A stretch of DNA of 64,000 nt, from positions 72,974,001-73,038,000 of the forward strand of contig NC_083276.1 of the NCBI RefSeq assembly GCF_963506605.1. The letters run 5' to 3'. The translations under genes were made by a program, and so were the position numbers. Below, piece after piece: positions 38,431 to 52,021 of this stretch (the first letter of the stretch is position 1; every line of letters begins with the position of its first letter). The notes beneath the pieces were generated by a model. That model was given only the letters and a program-made list of their open reading frames with translations, was not told the DNA's origin and ran no database searches. Source of the DNA: Zootoca vivipara. Its lineage: Eukaryota.

Positions 38431-38750
38431 CAGTCATACTTCGGTTTAAGTACGCCTCGGTTTGAGTACTTTCAGTTTAAGTACTCCGCGGACCTGTCTG
38501 GAACGGATTAATCCACTTTCCATTACTTTCAGTGGGAAAGTTCCTTCAGGTTAAGTACGCTTCAGGTTAAGTACGGACTTCCAGAACCAATTACACTCAT
38601 ACTTCGGGTTAAGTACGCTTCAGATTGAGTACTCCGCGGACCCGTCTGGAACGGATTGATCCACTTTCCATTACTTTCAATGGGAAAGTTCACTTCAGGT
38701 TAAGTACAGACTTCTGGAACCAATTGTGTACTTAAACCGAGGTACCACTG
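38431..38750 (-). mobile_element. 320-bp Tc1/mariner-type MITE (intron 2), inverted relative to 32095-32414
   Basis: CAGTCATACTTCGG ... CCGAGGTACCACTG|TA. Confidence 0.92.
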
Positions 38751-38854
38751 TATTAATAAAACTCCTAGGTATTCTCACCCCATCCCAGACAAAAACAGCT
38801 AATAAGCAAACAGATAAGCCAGCTGGGTCTTTAAATACCACTACTACTAATACT

Positions 38855-38879
38855 AATAATAATAATAATAATAATAATA
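38855..38879. repeat. (AAT)n microsatellite (others at ~40029-40075 and (ATT)n ~58437-58473)
   Basis: Direct reading. Confidence 0.9.
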
Positions 38880-40028
38880 CAGTAATCAAGAGCAGTTATA
38901 AGGGATTTGTGCGATATATGTGATGCAAAACAACCATATTTCAACACACCAAAATACAAATAAATAGTGATCAAGCAAAACCAAACTCTGAGAAAGGGAA
39001 AAGCAGGGTTGCTCTGAACAAAAACTCCACACATGCAAATTAGAGTTTAATTTTGTAAGAAGAGTACGAAAATAGAAAGAAACAAAAGACTAAGTTGTGA
39101 GTGCTTTCAGATTTGCAAAGTGCGGGAGGGGGGGGGTGTTGTGTGAGTGAAATTTGCATGAGAGTTGTGTGTTTTTAAAGACCCTCCATGGTTCATTGGA
39201 TAACAGGAACACTGACAAATATGCAAATGTGGGCTGCCCTAAAGACAATGAAACAGACATGTAGTCAATGGTTACTGTCATCCAGTTCTTTGCATGACAT
39301 GCAGACAAGCTTAGAGAACATTGATTGTTCTATAGACTCCTGCAACTGGAGAGAACGACCAGTCGGCTTACACCAAGACACATTTTTCACTCCTGACGTT
39401 TTGATAAAGGCTTATTGACCTAAATGAGACCCATGTTATTCAGGAAACATCAGAGGTGAAAGTTCACAAGCTGTTCTTCATGGTCATACACAAAAATGCC
39501 AGGTATCCGTTAGCAACTGGCAAATTCCCCCTCCCCTGCCCGTGGCTGGGTGACAGACAAAAGTGTATTTAATATCTCGCCTTGTATAAGCCCAATAAGT
39601 AATCGGGACGGGGAGTGGGGGAGGCTGACTGATTTTTGTCACTACATTTAGACACAGCTGCCAGAGAAAGTTGCAGACAGGCAAAAGGCTATGCTATTTA
39701 TATTCAAAATAAGTTGGGACACTCATTAAAAAGACAAACAAACAAGTCCCCATGAACTACTTCAATATACCCTATAGTATATATACACCATTCCACAGCA
39801 GGCTGAAATTTCAGTGATTCAGATGTGAAGGTATTTTACAAAAGCAGCAAGACTACATTTTGAGGATTCCGTTTCAGCTATTCCAGTTTTAAACTGGGAC
39901 TAATAGCTTCAAATTTAGTGGGGTTGGGCACTAAAAACACACCTCACTGTGGAGAGTTGTGTTTTTATTGAACTATTCAAAACAAGCTAGAATTTCTGAC
40001 AAAATGTTGATGTACATAAACCTCTGAC

Positions 40029-40078
<50 letters not shown>

Positions 40079-40299
40079 CCACCCATCTGGCTGGGTTTCC
40101 CCAGCCACTATTTACAGAAGTCCACTCTGAGGTCTCATACAGTACATGGACCAGACTGAAGCTGCAATCCTGAACACACTGAATTAATCCTCATTGGGCA
40201 TTGTTGACATCCAATAAATATGCACAGGATTGCATGATATATATGTTAAAACAAACTCAATCCAATATACTAAGGGCATAAAGTGTGAGCAGAAGAGAA

Positions 40300-40795
40300 A
40301 TGAGAAAATATGTGTGTTGGAGGGAATAGTTGGCACAAGCAAAAAACGCAAACAAAAATGATATGGTAGAGCTGGAAAAGATTCAGAAAAGGGCAAGAGC
40401 AGGAGGAACTCTCCTTATGAGAAGGAGTCATAACTTTGGGGGCTTTTTAGTTTAGAAAGAGGTGAATAAGAGAGAACACCATAGACATGTATGAGATGAT
40501 GGATAGTGTGGAGAAAGTGGATAGAAAGAGCAACTCATCCCACCCAATAATAATCAGGTACATCCAATGAAGCTGAATGCTGAAAGATTCCAGGCAGACA
40601 AATTAAAGTACTTCTTCAGACAGCATACAGTTGAACTATGGAATTTCCTGAGAACCAGACGTGGGGAGGGTTCTTTTGCAGTCAGGTCCTGCTTGTAGGC
40701 TTCCCATAGGCATATGGTTGGCCAGTGGGAGAACAAGTTGAATGATTAGATCAAGCCTTTGGTCTAATTCGGCAGCGCACTTCTCATGTTCTTAT
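40300..40795 (+). mobile_element. Decayed CR1 LINE 3' region
   Basis: gagctggaaaagattcagaaaagggcaa, catccaatgaagctgaatg...aagtacttcttca, ending ttctcatgttcttatg. Confidence 0.75.
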
Positions 40796-41612
40796 GCCAA
40801 GGTGGAGAATCAGATCCAGCCAGCAGGATATTTCCCATCTCTCAAGGCCCAATTTCTGGCAGGTAGGAGGAACAGACACGTGCAAAAGGGGGGGGGGGGA
40901 ATGTTCCATTTGAATCTAAATTTCCTGCAAATGGGCTTCAAAGGGACTCCCTGTAACTGCTGATCAGTGGTTACAGCAAGCCCCTTTGAAGGCACAGTCT
41001 CAGTGTCAGTGAAGCTCCCTATCAGGTGATCAGTGCTCACAGGGAGCCCTACTTGCAAAGGAATTCTCAAGAGCTCACTTTCAGCTCCCAATTATTCTTC
41101 TATAGCCATGCCCATACTTGCCCCACAAATGACATCACATATTACACCAGGTGTGGGACAGGTGAGCATGGTTTGTGGGCAACTTTCTCCCGGGTTGAAC
41201 TGGGACATGATTAGAGCTACAGAACAGATATTCCTAATTGTGCCTTAATGAAATGACACTGTTCCTTCACCAGCAGTGACATGTGAGCACTATAACTTAG
41301 AGGCGGGCAACTTTCTGCCTTGGGAGAATGCCAAGATCCACCACCTGACTTGTTTTCTGTTAAAGTCTGGGAGCCTTTTGGCTGGAAAATGAAAATCCAT
41401 TTAAATATATAACGTGTATGCAAAAAATATACCTTTAGAAATAAAGGACAGGTGCTTCTGATCAAATTCTCTGCCCAGGAATTTGCATCCAGTACTAGGA
41501 CAGAGCTTACAGCCCCTTCACACAAAAAGCCACTCTTTGTCGTCCCCCCAGCTGTCTCTGTTTGAGCAGCTTAGTTTAGGCAAGGGGGGGGGAACGACAT
41601 ATTTTCATTGCT

Positions 41613-42283
41613 TTGTTGTTGTTTAGTCGTGTCTGACTCTCTGTGACCCCATGGACCAGAGCACACCAGGCACTCCTGTCTTCCACTGCCTCCCACAGTT
41701 TGGTCAGACTCATGTTCGTCGCTTCGAGAACACTGTCTAACCATCTCGTCCTCTGTCGGCCCCTCCTCCTTGTGCCCTCCATCTTTCCCAACATCAGGGT
41801 CTTTTCCAGGGAGTCTTCTCTTCCCATGAGGTGGCCAAATTATTGGAGCCTCAGCTTCAGGATCTGTCCTTCCAGTGAGCACTCAGGGCTGATTTCCTTC
41901 AGAATTGATAGGTTTGATCTTCTTGCAGTCCATGGGACTCTCAAGAGTCCCCTCCAGCACCATAATTCAAAAGCATCAATTCTTCGGCGATCAGCCTTCT
42001 TTATGGTCCAGCTCTCACTATTGGGGAAACCATAGCTTTTACTATACGGACCTTTGTTGGCAAGGTGATGTCTCTGCTTTTTAAGATGCTGTCTAGGTTT
42101 CTCACTGCTTTTCTCCCAGGAAGCAGGCGTCTTTTAATTTCATGACTGCTGTCACCATCTGCAGTGATCAAGGAGCCCAAGAAAGTAAAATCTCTCACTG
42201 CCTCCATTTCTTCCCCTTCTATTTGCCAGGATGTGATAGGACCAGTGGCCATGATCTTGGTTTTCTTGATGTTAAGCAATTGC
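41613..42283 (-). mobile_element. BovB (RTE) LINE, 5'-truncated
   Basis: ORFs 42001..42279 and 41576..41827 match the BovB C-terminus; (CAA)n tail; 13-bp TSD TATTTTCATTGCT. Confidence 0.95.
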
Positions 42284-44340
42284 TATTTTCATTGCTACTG
42301 TTAAGCAATTGGGAGTCAGCAACTCTTGCTGATCTGCTGCTGCAAGTGACCCAGAAATCTACCAGTAGATCCTATTTTGGCTTCTGCCTAAATTATGGAA
42401 ATAGTATATCACCTTGTTAAATATGACATAAATTATAAATTAGCAGTCGCACCTACACTTCTGACAGCATGGTCAAAGCTATATGAGCCAGAGCACATGC
42501 TACAAATCTCAGGGCTGAACCACACAGCACTAGTCATTACATCATGGCAGGAATATTCCATGCCAGCATTTCCACTTCCAGAAGAATCTGTTGCTGGTGT
42601 GGAAACTCTGCCCTCCCATCTCTGTATGATATCCAAAACATGTGTCCAACTCTGTACATGTTATTGAAAAACTTTCCTGTAATTATTACATTCTGTATAT
42701 CAGACACTTTAAAGGTCATCACATAATAAGAATATTTTCATGTGTTTGATAGTCAGTTGCGAAGCAGCAACCTTGGCCTAACGCAAATGCTTCTGGTAGA
42801 AGAAACGCTGATAATTAGGAGATCAGGGATATGTACCTGCAGAGCATCTACATTTATTAAAACTTTATCTCGGGGGCATTTCAAAGAGGCAGACAGAAAT
42901 TCACAGTATCTAACCATCTTGATCCTCTTAGAATGAGGGACCCTTGTGTGTGCAAATTTTGCTTCATGATGGGATTCTGTAGCTGACAATTGCTGTGCAG
43001 GAAGCAACATGTATGTGTACTTGCCAATGTATGTGTACTTTGGACAAAGTCTTGGCCGCCTTTATCTAAAGAGAAATAATTTGTGAGGTAAACACAGGTT
43101 TGTAAACATGTGAGGGGCAGTAGGGTTTTTTTGTTTTTCTATTTTTTGAGATAAAGTTTCAGGGGGAAATACTGAAATGGAAACATTAGAGTAACTCTCA
43201 TTTCTCTAGGTAAATTCTTGGTGGCTCAGCCCTCCATTTTTTGCAACCTTGGTAAAGGCTGAGTTGGATCCTGACACTGTGCCTGAATCATCTCCATATT
43301 CACTTTGTTAGCACCAAGGACTATGCAAGACCCACATTTTATCCCACCACCTTATGTAGGAACTCTACTGTGCAGAAACGTTTGGAATCAAGCCACTTTC
43401 CCTTAATTAAATTAATCATAGGTGATAAGCTCTAACCAGAACTGTCCTAACACAGAGCGTACATAATAAAGACCTAGGGGTTAGGTGTGCTTCACTGAAA
43501 ACTACAACCATAGTTTTGTTATATCAACAACACTTAACACAAGCCAAATCCTAAATGAAAAGGGTTATTGTCACTCTGCTGACTTCAGCAAGTGTTGGGC
43601 TAATGATTTTTCCTCTGCTTTGAGGAAAAGTTTTGCCTCCCAAGACAAGACCATGGTGCACCTGTGCCTGACAAATTTCACATGCAGTCATTTCTGGCAA
43701 ATGACTACACAGGGATATTTTTAAACTTCTGGCTTGGCTAGACGACATTCATTTGGAATTTGCACGCAAACTATACTGAGTCCTCTGGTTTACTACAGTC
43801 ATGGCCAGTTTAATTTAGAGCTTTTTTTAAAAAAAAAACCTTTTAGATGCTGCAGAAAACATCTAAAAAAACCTAAAATTGTGAAATCATACACAATTTA
43901 ACTGCACCCTTTTCAAAAGGTTGGCTTGGTATCACTTAAAAGAATAAACACTTAGTTCTGAGCTAGCAAAGCAGTTCACCATTTGATTAGATACAAACTC
44001 TGGAAGTAAGGCTATTTACAGTTCAACACTATGCAAGATTACCGGAAGTCCCACTGAAATCAATGGGGATTACTCCCTGGTACATCCACAAAGCTCTAAC
44101 ATCCTGTCACCTCGTCCAACCCACTCTCCTTCCTGGTCAGTAGTAGCAGCATCACTGACCGGAAGTTAGGACAGCAGGGGTTGCCCCCACGCACCCATGG
44201 GTCAGCTGCTTCTCCAGGCAACAGGGTATACGAATGTGGCCTTAAACATGTACATACAGTATAGCTTTATACACAAACTCAACTTCTCTCTTACACCAGA
44301 ATGCTCAGATTTTGCAGGGCTAGCACTAACCATTTAAAAG

Positions 44341-45258
44341 TGGGGCTTGAGAACCTGTGCCCTAAGGGCCAAACAGTGTTCACCAGGGGTTCAAATTTAC
44401 CCTAAACTACCATAAAGAAGGCTGACTGTCGAAGAATTGATGCTTTTGAATTATGGTGCTGGAGGAGACTCTTGAGAGTCCCATGGACTGCAAGAAGATC
44501 AAACCTATCCATTCTGAAGGAAATCAGCCCTGAGTGCTCACTGGAAGGACAGATCCTGAAGCTGAGGCTCCAGTACTCTGGCCACCTCATGAGAAGAGAA
44601 GATTCCCTGGAAAAGACCCTGATGTTGTGAAAGATTGAGGGCACTAGGAGAAGGGGACGACAGAGGACGAGATGGTTGGACAGTGTTCTCGAAGCTACCA
44701 ACGTGAGTTTGACCAAACTGCGGGAGGCAGTGGAAGACAGGAGTGCCTGGCGTGCTATGGTCCATGGGGTCACAAAGAGTCAGACATGACTAAACGACTA
44801 AACAACAACAACAACCTGCCCCACACTTTGTGTCACATGTAGAGGGGCAGGTAGAGATGTAGCTACCAATGCACAATTCTGAGTCTTAAAGAGTGCTCCC
44901 AAGAAAGCTTTGACAAGGGAAATCAAACTTTGGCTCTACCACCTTTAAGCTGAGGGGCAGTAAAGCTGATGGATCAGTTGCACCGGTGGGTTCCCTGTGG
45001 CAATCTTGCTTTTGCAGCTGAAGCCTGCAGAAATCAGGCTTTCGCCCTCTCACTATCAGCTGATAAGTGGAAAAGTGAAAGCCTCATGTGCTAAAGCACC
45101 CTGCAGGGCTCTTTGGAGGGCAAAGCACCCAGTCTAATTTCATTGTGACATCATGCGACTGACAAGTGGACAGCCCCACTGACCTGTCAAATTTGGTCCT
45201 GAAGGCCAGTTCTGATAAGGATCTGGCCTGCAGAGCCAAGAACATTCCTCACCCCTGT
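44341..45258. mobile_element. Decayed hAT-type element hosting a BovB insertion
   Basis: Ends ggggcttgagaacctgtg ... aacattcctcacccctg with approximate tttaaa(a)g flanks. Confidence 0.5.
44408..44814 (+). mobile_element. BovB LINE 3' end
   Basis: Near-identical to 62943-63344; (CAA)n tail. Confidence 0.95.
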
Positions 45259-46386
45259 TTTAAAGTCTATTTTCTGACTATGCATTTGTGGTCTAAATTG
45301 TTTGCTGTAACTGGCAATTATGTGCACTTTGAATCCCAGCCATCAGTGGCACAAGTAGGGTTGTTTTGTCAATATCAAGGGTTGTTGTTTTTTTAATGCA
45401 AGGTTCTTTTAAGTAGATGAAGAAACTAAACTGGGCACCCAAGCTCTTCACTGTGCCTTCCTTTAAAAGTCTATATGTAATGAACTGTTAATGTAATCCA
45501 ACATAATGAACTGCTAAGTACACTTTTAAAAAGAACCAACTTTTATTTCAGGTCTTAGCAGTTTGCATCCAAACGAGAAAGCAAAGTTAAAAAGTGATTC
45601 TGATTCTAAAAACCTATTAAAAAGGCATGAAGCCATTTGGTCCTGAAATTAAAAATAAATCTACCACATAACTGTTATTCATTCACATCTGTACAATCCC
45701 TAAGCTGTTCTTGATGTCACACTTCACTGTGATAAGAGTTCAAGCTCCATATTTCTGTTTGACATTTCCATAAACACAACCTGCTTTTGCCTCAACATAT
45801 TTGGGTTTTCTCCCAAGGCCGCTCCAGGGAATACACATCATGCTCCTCCACACAGCTGCAATAACAGTTATACACTCAAGCTGTAGTCTGTGGACACTTA
45901 ATACACCTCACAAAAAATCATATGTGCCAGTGGTGATTTAAAAAAAACCTCCCAACTTATAAGCATGCAAAACTCATTCAGTAAGCATTTTATTGTTGCC
46001 TCTAAAAGTTAGCCAAGGCGTACAAAAATATTTCCATTCAAAATCTAGAAGCTGGATGTAATGTAAACTACCCTGCAGCAAGAGATAGCTGGCGTATGAT
46101 TAGGATATTCAAAATACCGGTAAATAATTCCCATCTTTAGCTAAGTTATGGCTGGAACATCAATGCATGGTGCAAATTATTCCTTTGTTCAGAACTTTGG
46201 GGTTACAGACATCCTCAAAGGCATTGTTAATTGTTGTTCTTTAAGTGTGATCCACTTACAGCTATAGATACATACTACTCAATGAGCAAAATAATTATGC
46301 TCTCCTTTATTTATGAGCCTGCTGAAAGGAGTGCTCACATTCTGAATCTTGACTACTTGTGTGCCCCCCACTGTTACATTTTCTCC

Positions 46387-47018
46387 TGTTACGAAAAAAT
46401 CTAGGTGTGAGGCTGCTCAGCCACCCAGCACATCGGGCAGAGCCCGCGGGTCCCTGCAGAACAATGGAGTCCAGCAAATAGCTGTAGACCAAAGTTTATT
46501 GTGCAACAGGTTCAAAGAGGAATTTGAACCCCGAGAACGGAGCGACAAGAACTTTTAAAACTTCCCACCACATCCCAGGATACAGTTCGTACAGCATCAC
46601 TGATACATCATCTTTACATCACTGACATGTCACAAAAGGGGAAGGGTAAACAGGGGTTACACCAGTTTAACCCTGGCAAACATGTCCAGACAAGTCCTTG
46701 GTACAAGTCTAAGATTATACCACCACCCCAAGTACAATAGAACTTCCTTTGCATGTCTGGACCCCTAAGCAAGTCTGGTGATGAGATTAGGCTTTCCTTG
46801 GCCAACGATCAGCTCAGCAATTGTCACCTCTGGGCACTTCCTGGAGCCCCTTTTTCAAGGGCAAAATAGTGTTGGAATGGAGGAAACTGGCAAAGGAGTT
46901 GATTTTATATGATTTTTAAAGCTAGGTAACTTCCCTGAGCTGTCAAGTCTAAAGGATACATTTATGCATAATATTTGTAACAACTTTAAAGATGTGCCCC
47001 CCCCTAATTTCCGTAACA
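46387..47018 (-). mobile_element. Endogenous retrovirus / LTR-retroelement 3' LTR (632 bp) with adjoining internal sequence to ~47700
   Basis: TGTTACG...CGTAACA terminal inverted repeat; minus-strand polypurine tract AAAGGGGGGGGAGC (47019-47032) abuts the LTR start; AATAAA on minus at 46495-46500. Confidence 0.8.
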
Positions 47019-49210
47019 GCTCCCCCCCCTTTGGAGATAAATTTGCTTAGGCTCCGTAGGAACCACAAATATTTTCTCCGCACTTAACTACAGTTCAGGC
47101 ATAGACATATTCCCCACCCCCCTTTGGTCCCGTATGTTATATAGATATGCACTAAATAATAACCTGGTATCCACCCTCCCAGATGTGTGGGTTTATGTAA
47201 ACATGAAAGGGACTTGCATGTCACACCTCTTAAGGCCATTCGCAAGTATAGCAGTGCACATAGCTGGACGTAGGATATCACATAAGAATAACACATTTGT
47301 ATTTTGTTACTAAATTACTTGTGGCCCGTAACACTCCAAATGAGGAACAGTTATGAGCTTGTGAACCTTCCTTTATATTCCACACTATACTTGTGCACAA
47401 ACCCATCTCGAGGAACCTGTCAGGCAAGTTGATACAGTGCAGTCCTATATAGGATTTCAACCTAAATGTCCTTTTACTTGCAGGGATTTAAGCTGTACCT
47501 TACCAGGTTCTCCAAAGTACCCTTTTACATATTAAGATCAGGAGAGGGGTAGTTCCACCATCCACAGAAATTTAGGAGAGGGAATTCTATTTGGCAGATC
47601 CAAAGTTTGGGAATTCTCCCCCTGAGAGGTGGGTCTGACACCTTCACTATACAGTTTTTGGCAACTGCTGAAGATAAATGTTTTTACCACGGCATTGCCA
47701 TCTGAAATGTGTGTTTTCAAGACCTACCCTATTCCTGTGATTGTAATTTAATTGTTTTTAATACTGGATTATAAATTGTTGCAGCCTGCCCTGGGACCTG
47801 CTGGTGCATGGTAGGTTTAAATTTAAATTTGAAGAAGATGAAGACAATGAAGCTTCTGTGTTGAGATTTCTGCATTGCAAGAGGTTGGACTAGATGACCC
47901 TTGGGGTCCCTTCCAACTCTACAATTCTACACTTTGTTGTTGGTTGTTTTTTTAGTGGTTGATCAAAATGTTAAAAAGACTGTGAACAAACTTTTGAGTT
48001 CTCCAAAACATTTAATCAGGCTGGATGTTACACACTAAGGGGACAAGGGATGAGGCAAAACAGTACCAACACCCGCCCCGTATTGACTTAATGCTGCAAC
48101 CATCTCCATGAAATTCCAGAGATCTTCTCAGTGAATACCAAAATTATAATGCAACGTGTGCTTAAACTGTACGTTATAATTTTTTGAATCACTCTACTGG
48201 GTAACCAAAAGCAGCAGCATTTAAATGGCTGAAAACTGTAAAAGTGAATTACATGCTCCCTGAGATACTTATACAATTTTACCTAGGCTATAATCTTCAG
48301 CACTTAATTGATACTATGATTATAGCCCCCTTTGGGCCTTGACTCCACACAATTAAGAACTCCATTGATTAAAAATTCACAAAGCCTTCCCCCCCATGAT
48401 GTGGAACTCTGATTGCCCAAGGGTGGGAGGATGTCCCACAGTTGCAGCCCTGCTCTCCATCTCCATGTGATTCTTAATTGCATGTCTGAAAGCTCAAATA
48501 AGTCTCCTGTCTTTTAGACTGAAGATGTAAGATTAGATTCAACTTATTACCTGAAACAGAAGATCAAATTCTTTATCCTGAAGCATGCGTTTTCAAATGT
48601 ACTATTCAAAATGACTGGATTTCCTCCAAATTTGCATTTCATACCATGGTATTAGGCGATAAATTATAATTTCATTAAAGCATAGTTTCTTGCTCGTTTT
48701 CCTAAATTATACTTTTTTAAAAGTGCATTTAAAAGATAAAACACCAGTACATTTTCAGAGATCAAGATCACCTTATTTTCTTGCATAAAAATTTCCCTAC
48801 AGTGCAGCACAGGTGACGGTCTCTTTCACTCTCCCAGTTCTCTCTTTTCGAACTACAGCCATCTCTAGGCCTCTTCCTCTGTATTGTTGAAAGAGTGGTG
48901 AGAAGAAGTGCTTATCCTGACTGGGCAGTGGCAAAAGGTGGGGAGGTGGAGAAGCTATTTAGAAACTTTTCAGCTATTTAGATGAGCTTGTGGGCAGGGA
49001 ATGAGGCTACGGCGAGACAGATGCGTGGGATGCCACAACACATATGAGAGGAGAGGAGAAACACTGAGAAACACTGAAGACAGCAATAGAGTGGATGTTA
49101 AGGAAACTCCATTTCAGTGACAATCTGGGCTTGAGTCAAGGGTAGGATTATATGAGAAGACTGCATGTATCAGGGCTGGGCCATGGACAATAGTCTGAGG
49201 TGAACCAGCT

Positions 49211-49462
49211 GGTAAAGGTAAAGGGACCCCTGACCATTAGGTCCAGTCGTGACCGACTCTGGGGTTGCGGCGCTCATCTCGCGTTATTGGCCGAGGGAGC
49301 CGGCGTACAGCTTCCAGGTCATGTGGCCAGCATGACAAAGCCGCTTCTGGCGAACCAGAGCAGCACATGGAAACACCATTTACCTTCCCGCTGTAGCTGT
49401 ACCTATTTATCTATTTGCACTCTGACGTGCTTTCAAACTGCTAGGTTGGCAGGAGCTGGGAC
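49211..49462 (-). mobile_element. Sauria SINE (5'-truncated), intron 2
   Basis: ggtaaaggtaaagggacccctgaccattaggtccagtcgtg..., reverse complement of the 34560 copy. Confidence 0.9.
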
Positions 49463-49518
49463 AGTCTGGACCAAAGAGTAAGTAATGCCCACAGGGCAAA
49501 CCTGGGGACAGGGTCAAG

Positions 49519-49726
49519 CATAGCTGTCCACTTTTGGATTTGAAAATAAGGGATCAGTAGCCTCACCTGTCCCAGGGACAGTCTACGGTATATCTAACAA
49601 TCCAGAATAGCAGCGGAAAATAGCGCTGGAAAAAGGAAATTTCCACCAAAAAAAGGGAAAGTTGACAGCTGTGGCTTGGAATAATGGAGTTTCCCGCAAA
49701 AAAGGGGGGGAGGGTTGACAGCTATG
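49519..49726. mobile_element. hAT-type MITE (CATAGCTG TIR family)
   Basis: CATAGCTGTCCA ... TTGACAGCTATG; GGGTCAAG flanks on both sides (one extra G on the right). Confidence 0.82.
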
Positions 49727-51607
49727 GGGGTCAAGGAGCAAGCCAGGAATCAGTAGAAAAAAGTAAGTAAGAAACAGAGGACAAACCAGGAGGCAGGACT
49801 GAGGGGCTAGCCCCAAGTCAAGATCAAAAGGTAACCAAGGCACAGGAAAACACCAGAGCTCAGGAGGAAGCTGCTGCATGAACAAAGGTCAACTTAATTA
49901 AAACAGGACTTCTTCCTGTCCAGGGAGATCCAATGGCCACCCTGGGTAGGCAAAGCCCATCCAGAGCCTGAAGGTATGTCACTGAGAAGCAGCCACCTGC
50001 AGTTGAAAGGGTCAACATACAGGGAACATGCACAGAGATCCAGCAGTTCCTGACCACATGTGATGGAGTGGGGTGGATGGAAATATTTATCTAGGTACCA
50101 TTAAGTGCAATTTGTTTCCAGAGTTGCCAGGATCAGGCTGCTTTCCTAGTGTCATACCTCTGCCGGGGGTTTCCAATTTGCCAGCTAGGCTGGATCTGAG
50201 TGTGCATTGGCAGAAGGCTGGAGTGGTAGTGTGGAAAACACACAAAGGTGGCAAGGAGATAAAGGAAATCACTGGAAAAAATGAGAACTAAGATGGAGAT
50301 TCCAATAGATTCAAGAATTCTACCCACAAGACTGCTTTATCTATAATCAGACTGGTTGACTATCACAATGTCTGACCATGATTGATATCCAGTTATGCTC
50401 CTTTCCCATCAATGTGGTATCAGACGTGTTCTACCATACCTCAGGGATCCTAAGGCAACTGAAGAGGGAAACAGTTAAAAATAAATTATAGATACCCTGC
50501 TGTATCTTGGTTAATAAGGATAAGAGGGAGAGAGAAAATTCTAATGAAACATTTTCATTTTCTTTCCACGTCCACTAAAACAAAGTCGATATACTTTTAC
50601 TGGATCAACTCAGTAAGAAGGGCTGAGTTTTCCTGTGTGTGCATAAATGCAGAAAAGCATTTATGATGCTTTGCCAAATGAAAGGCCTGAGTGTAAATAT
50701 AACTAATAAAACAAATAAACTGTGCAAAGGTACAGCCTGGCTTGGAAGATAACAAGTAATCCAAAATTACTTTATGCCGATGCCAAAAATGGTAAACAAA
50801 TGTTGTGCTCATTTCTGAATTACAATCTCACATACCACATCACGATGTGCTTTTAACCTCTGGCCTAGCAGGGGTCACAATGTGACATCACCACATTCCA
50901 TTATCATGAAACCACTTTGGCTCAGAAGGTCAAATTCCTACTGCTGGCAACATTGCATCCCTATATGCAACATGGCCCCTAGAAAGTTACAGCTTTCCGT
51001 AAACACACTGAATTTCTCAGTACAGTTATTTCTACTAATTAATAACAAGCTAGTTCCAAAGAGCATGCTGCCAAATCTGTTCTGAACTGGATACATTCAG
51101 AACAATATAAAAATAGGGTTTTTTTTAAAATAATATAAAAATATTTCAAGAATCAGAAAACAATAAGAGCTGCATATAAGAAAGAGTTGTTCCATATGAC
51201 TTTGCTTTACTAGTCCTAAGTTAAATAGTTAGCCAGCAAAATGCATCTTATTTTTCCCATAATGAATACATTGTAGATTTATTTTGGACAGAGGAAACAC
51301 ACTCCAAGTAGCTAAACTTGGGATATTTGTATATTCAAGCCAGTTATACATCACTGCACTGATGTTTTCCACAGAAATATTTGGCCATGGTGGTTTTGGC
51401 AGCAATCTTAGACTAATTTTAGAATCAGTAAATATATCTCAGGTTCCTTTCTCATTCAGCTTGCACTCTGCCTATTTTTACTCATTCATGCAATGAAAGC
51501 AAGTTCCTTCTAAACTTCAGTTCATTCCCTTAGAATGATAAATAGTACAAACTTCACACAGTTATATTGATGTGAGTGGTTTTGTTTTTATTGTTTGCTG
51601 ATAAGGC

Positions 51608-52021
51608 AGGGATAACCAATTTTTTTGGATCAGTGGGCACATTTTTAATTTGGAGAAAGTGCAGGGCCCCCAGTCACAACATGGCTGCCATGGAGTTGGT
51701 ATGGCATAAAACAAAATTATGCTTACCATGGGAAGTCAGCTATATCCTGGTGGTTCTGATTACAGAGCTTACATGCACGCAGAGAGAGAAATAGAGAGAG
51801 ATGTTGTTGCTTTCTAAACATAACAGGGAGTATTCTTCAGTACTAGGAAAAATATTCAAGGCAGCCACACCACTCTCATTTCACAGAAATCACTTAGAAG
51901 ATACCTGCACATTTTGGCTTATAACTTTCTTTCTAGGAAGGCTATAGATTTCCTTAAAAAAAAGAAGTTTAGCCTTGCAAATCACTGGAAGCCTCCTAGG
52001 GCACTAGATTGGCAACCCCTG
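51608..52021. mobile_element. Decayed hAT-type element
   Basis: cagggataaccaat ... attggcaacccctg termini. Confidence 0.5.

Noticed and set aside
47084-47460. Retroviral env ORF next to the LTR
   Set aside because: Only short ORFs with no furin site, immunosuppressive domain or CX6CC motif.
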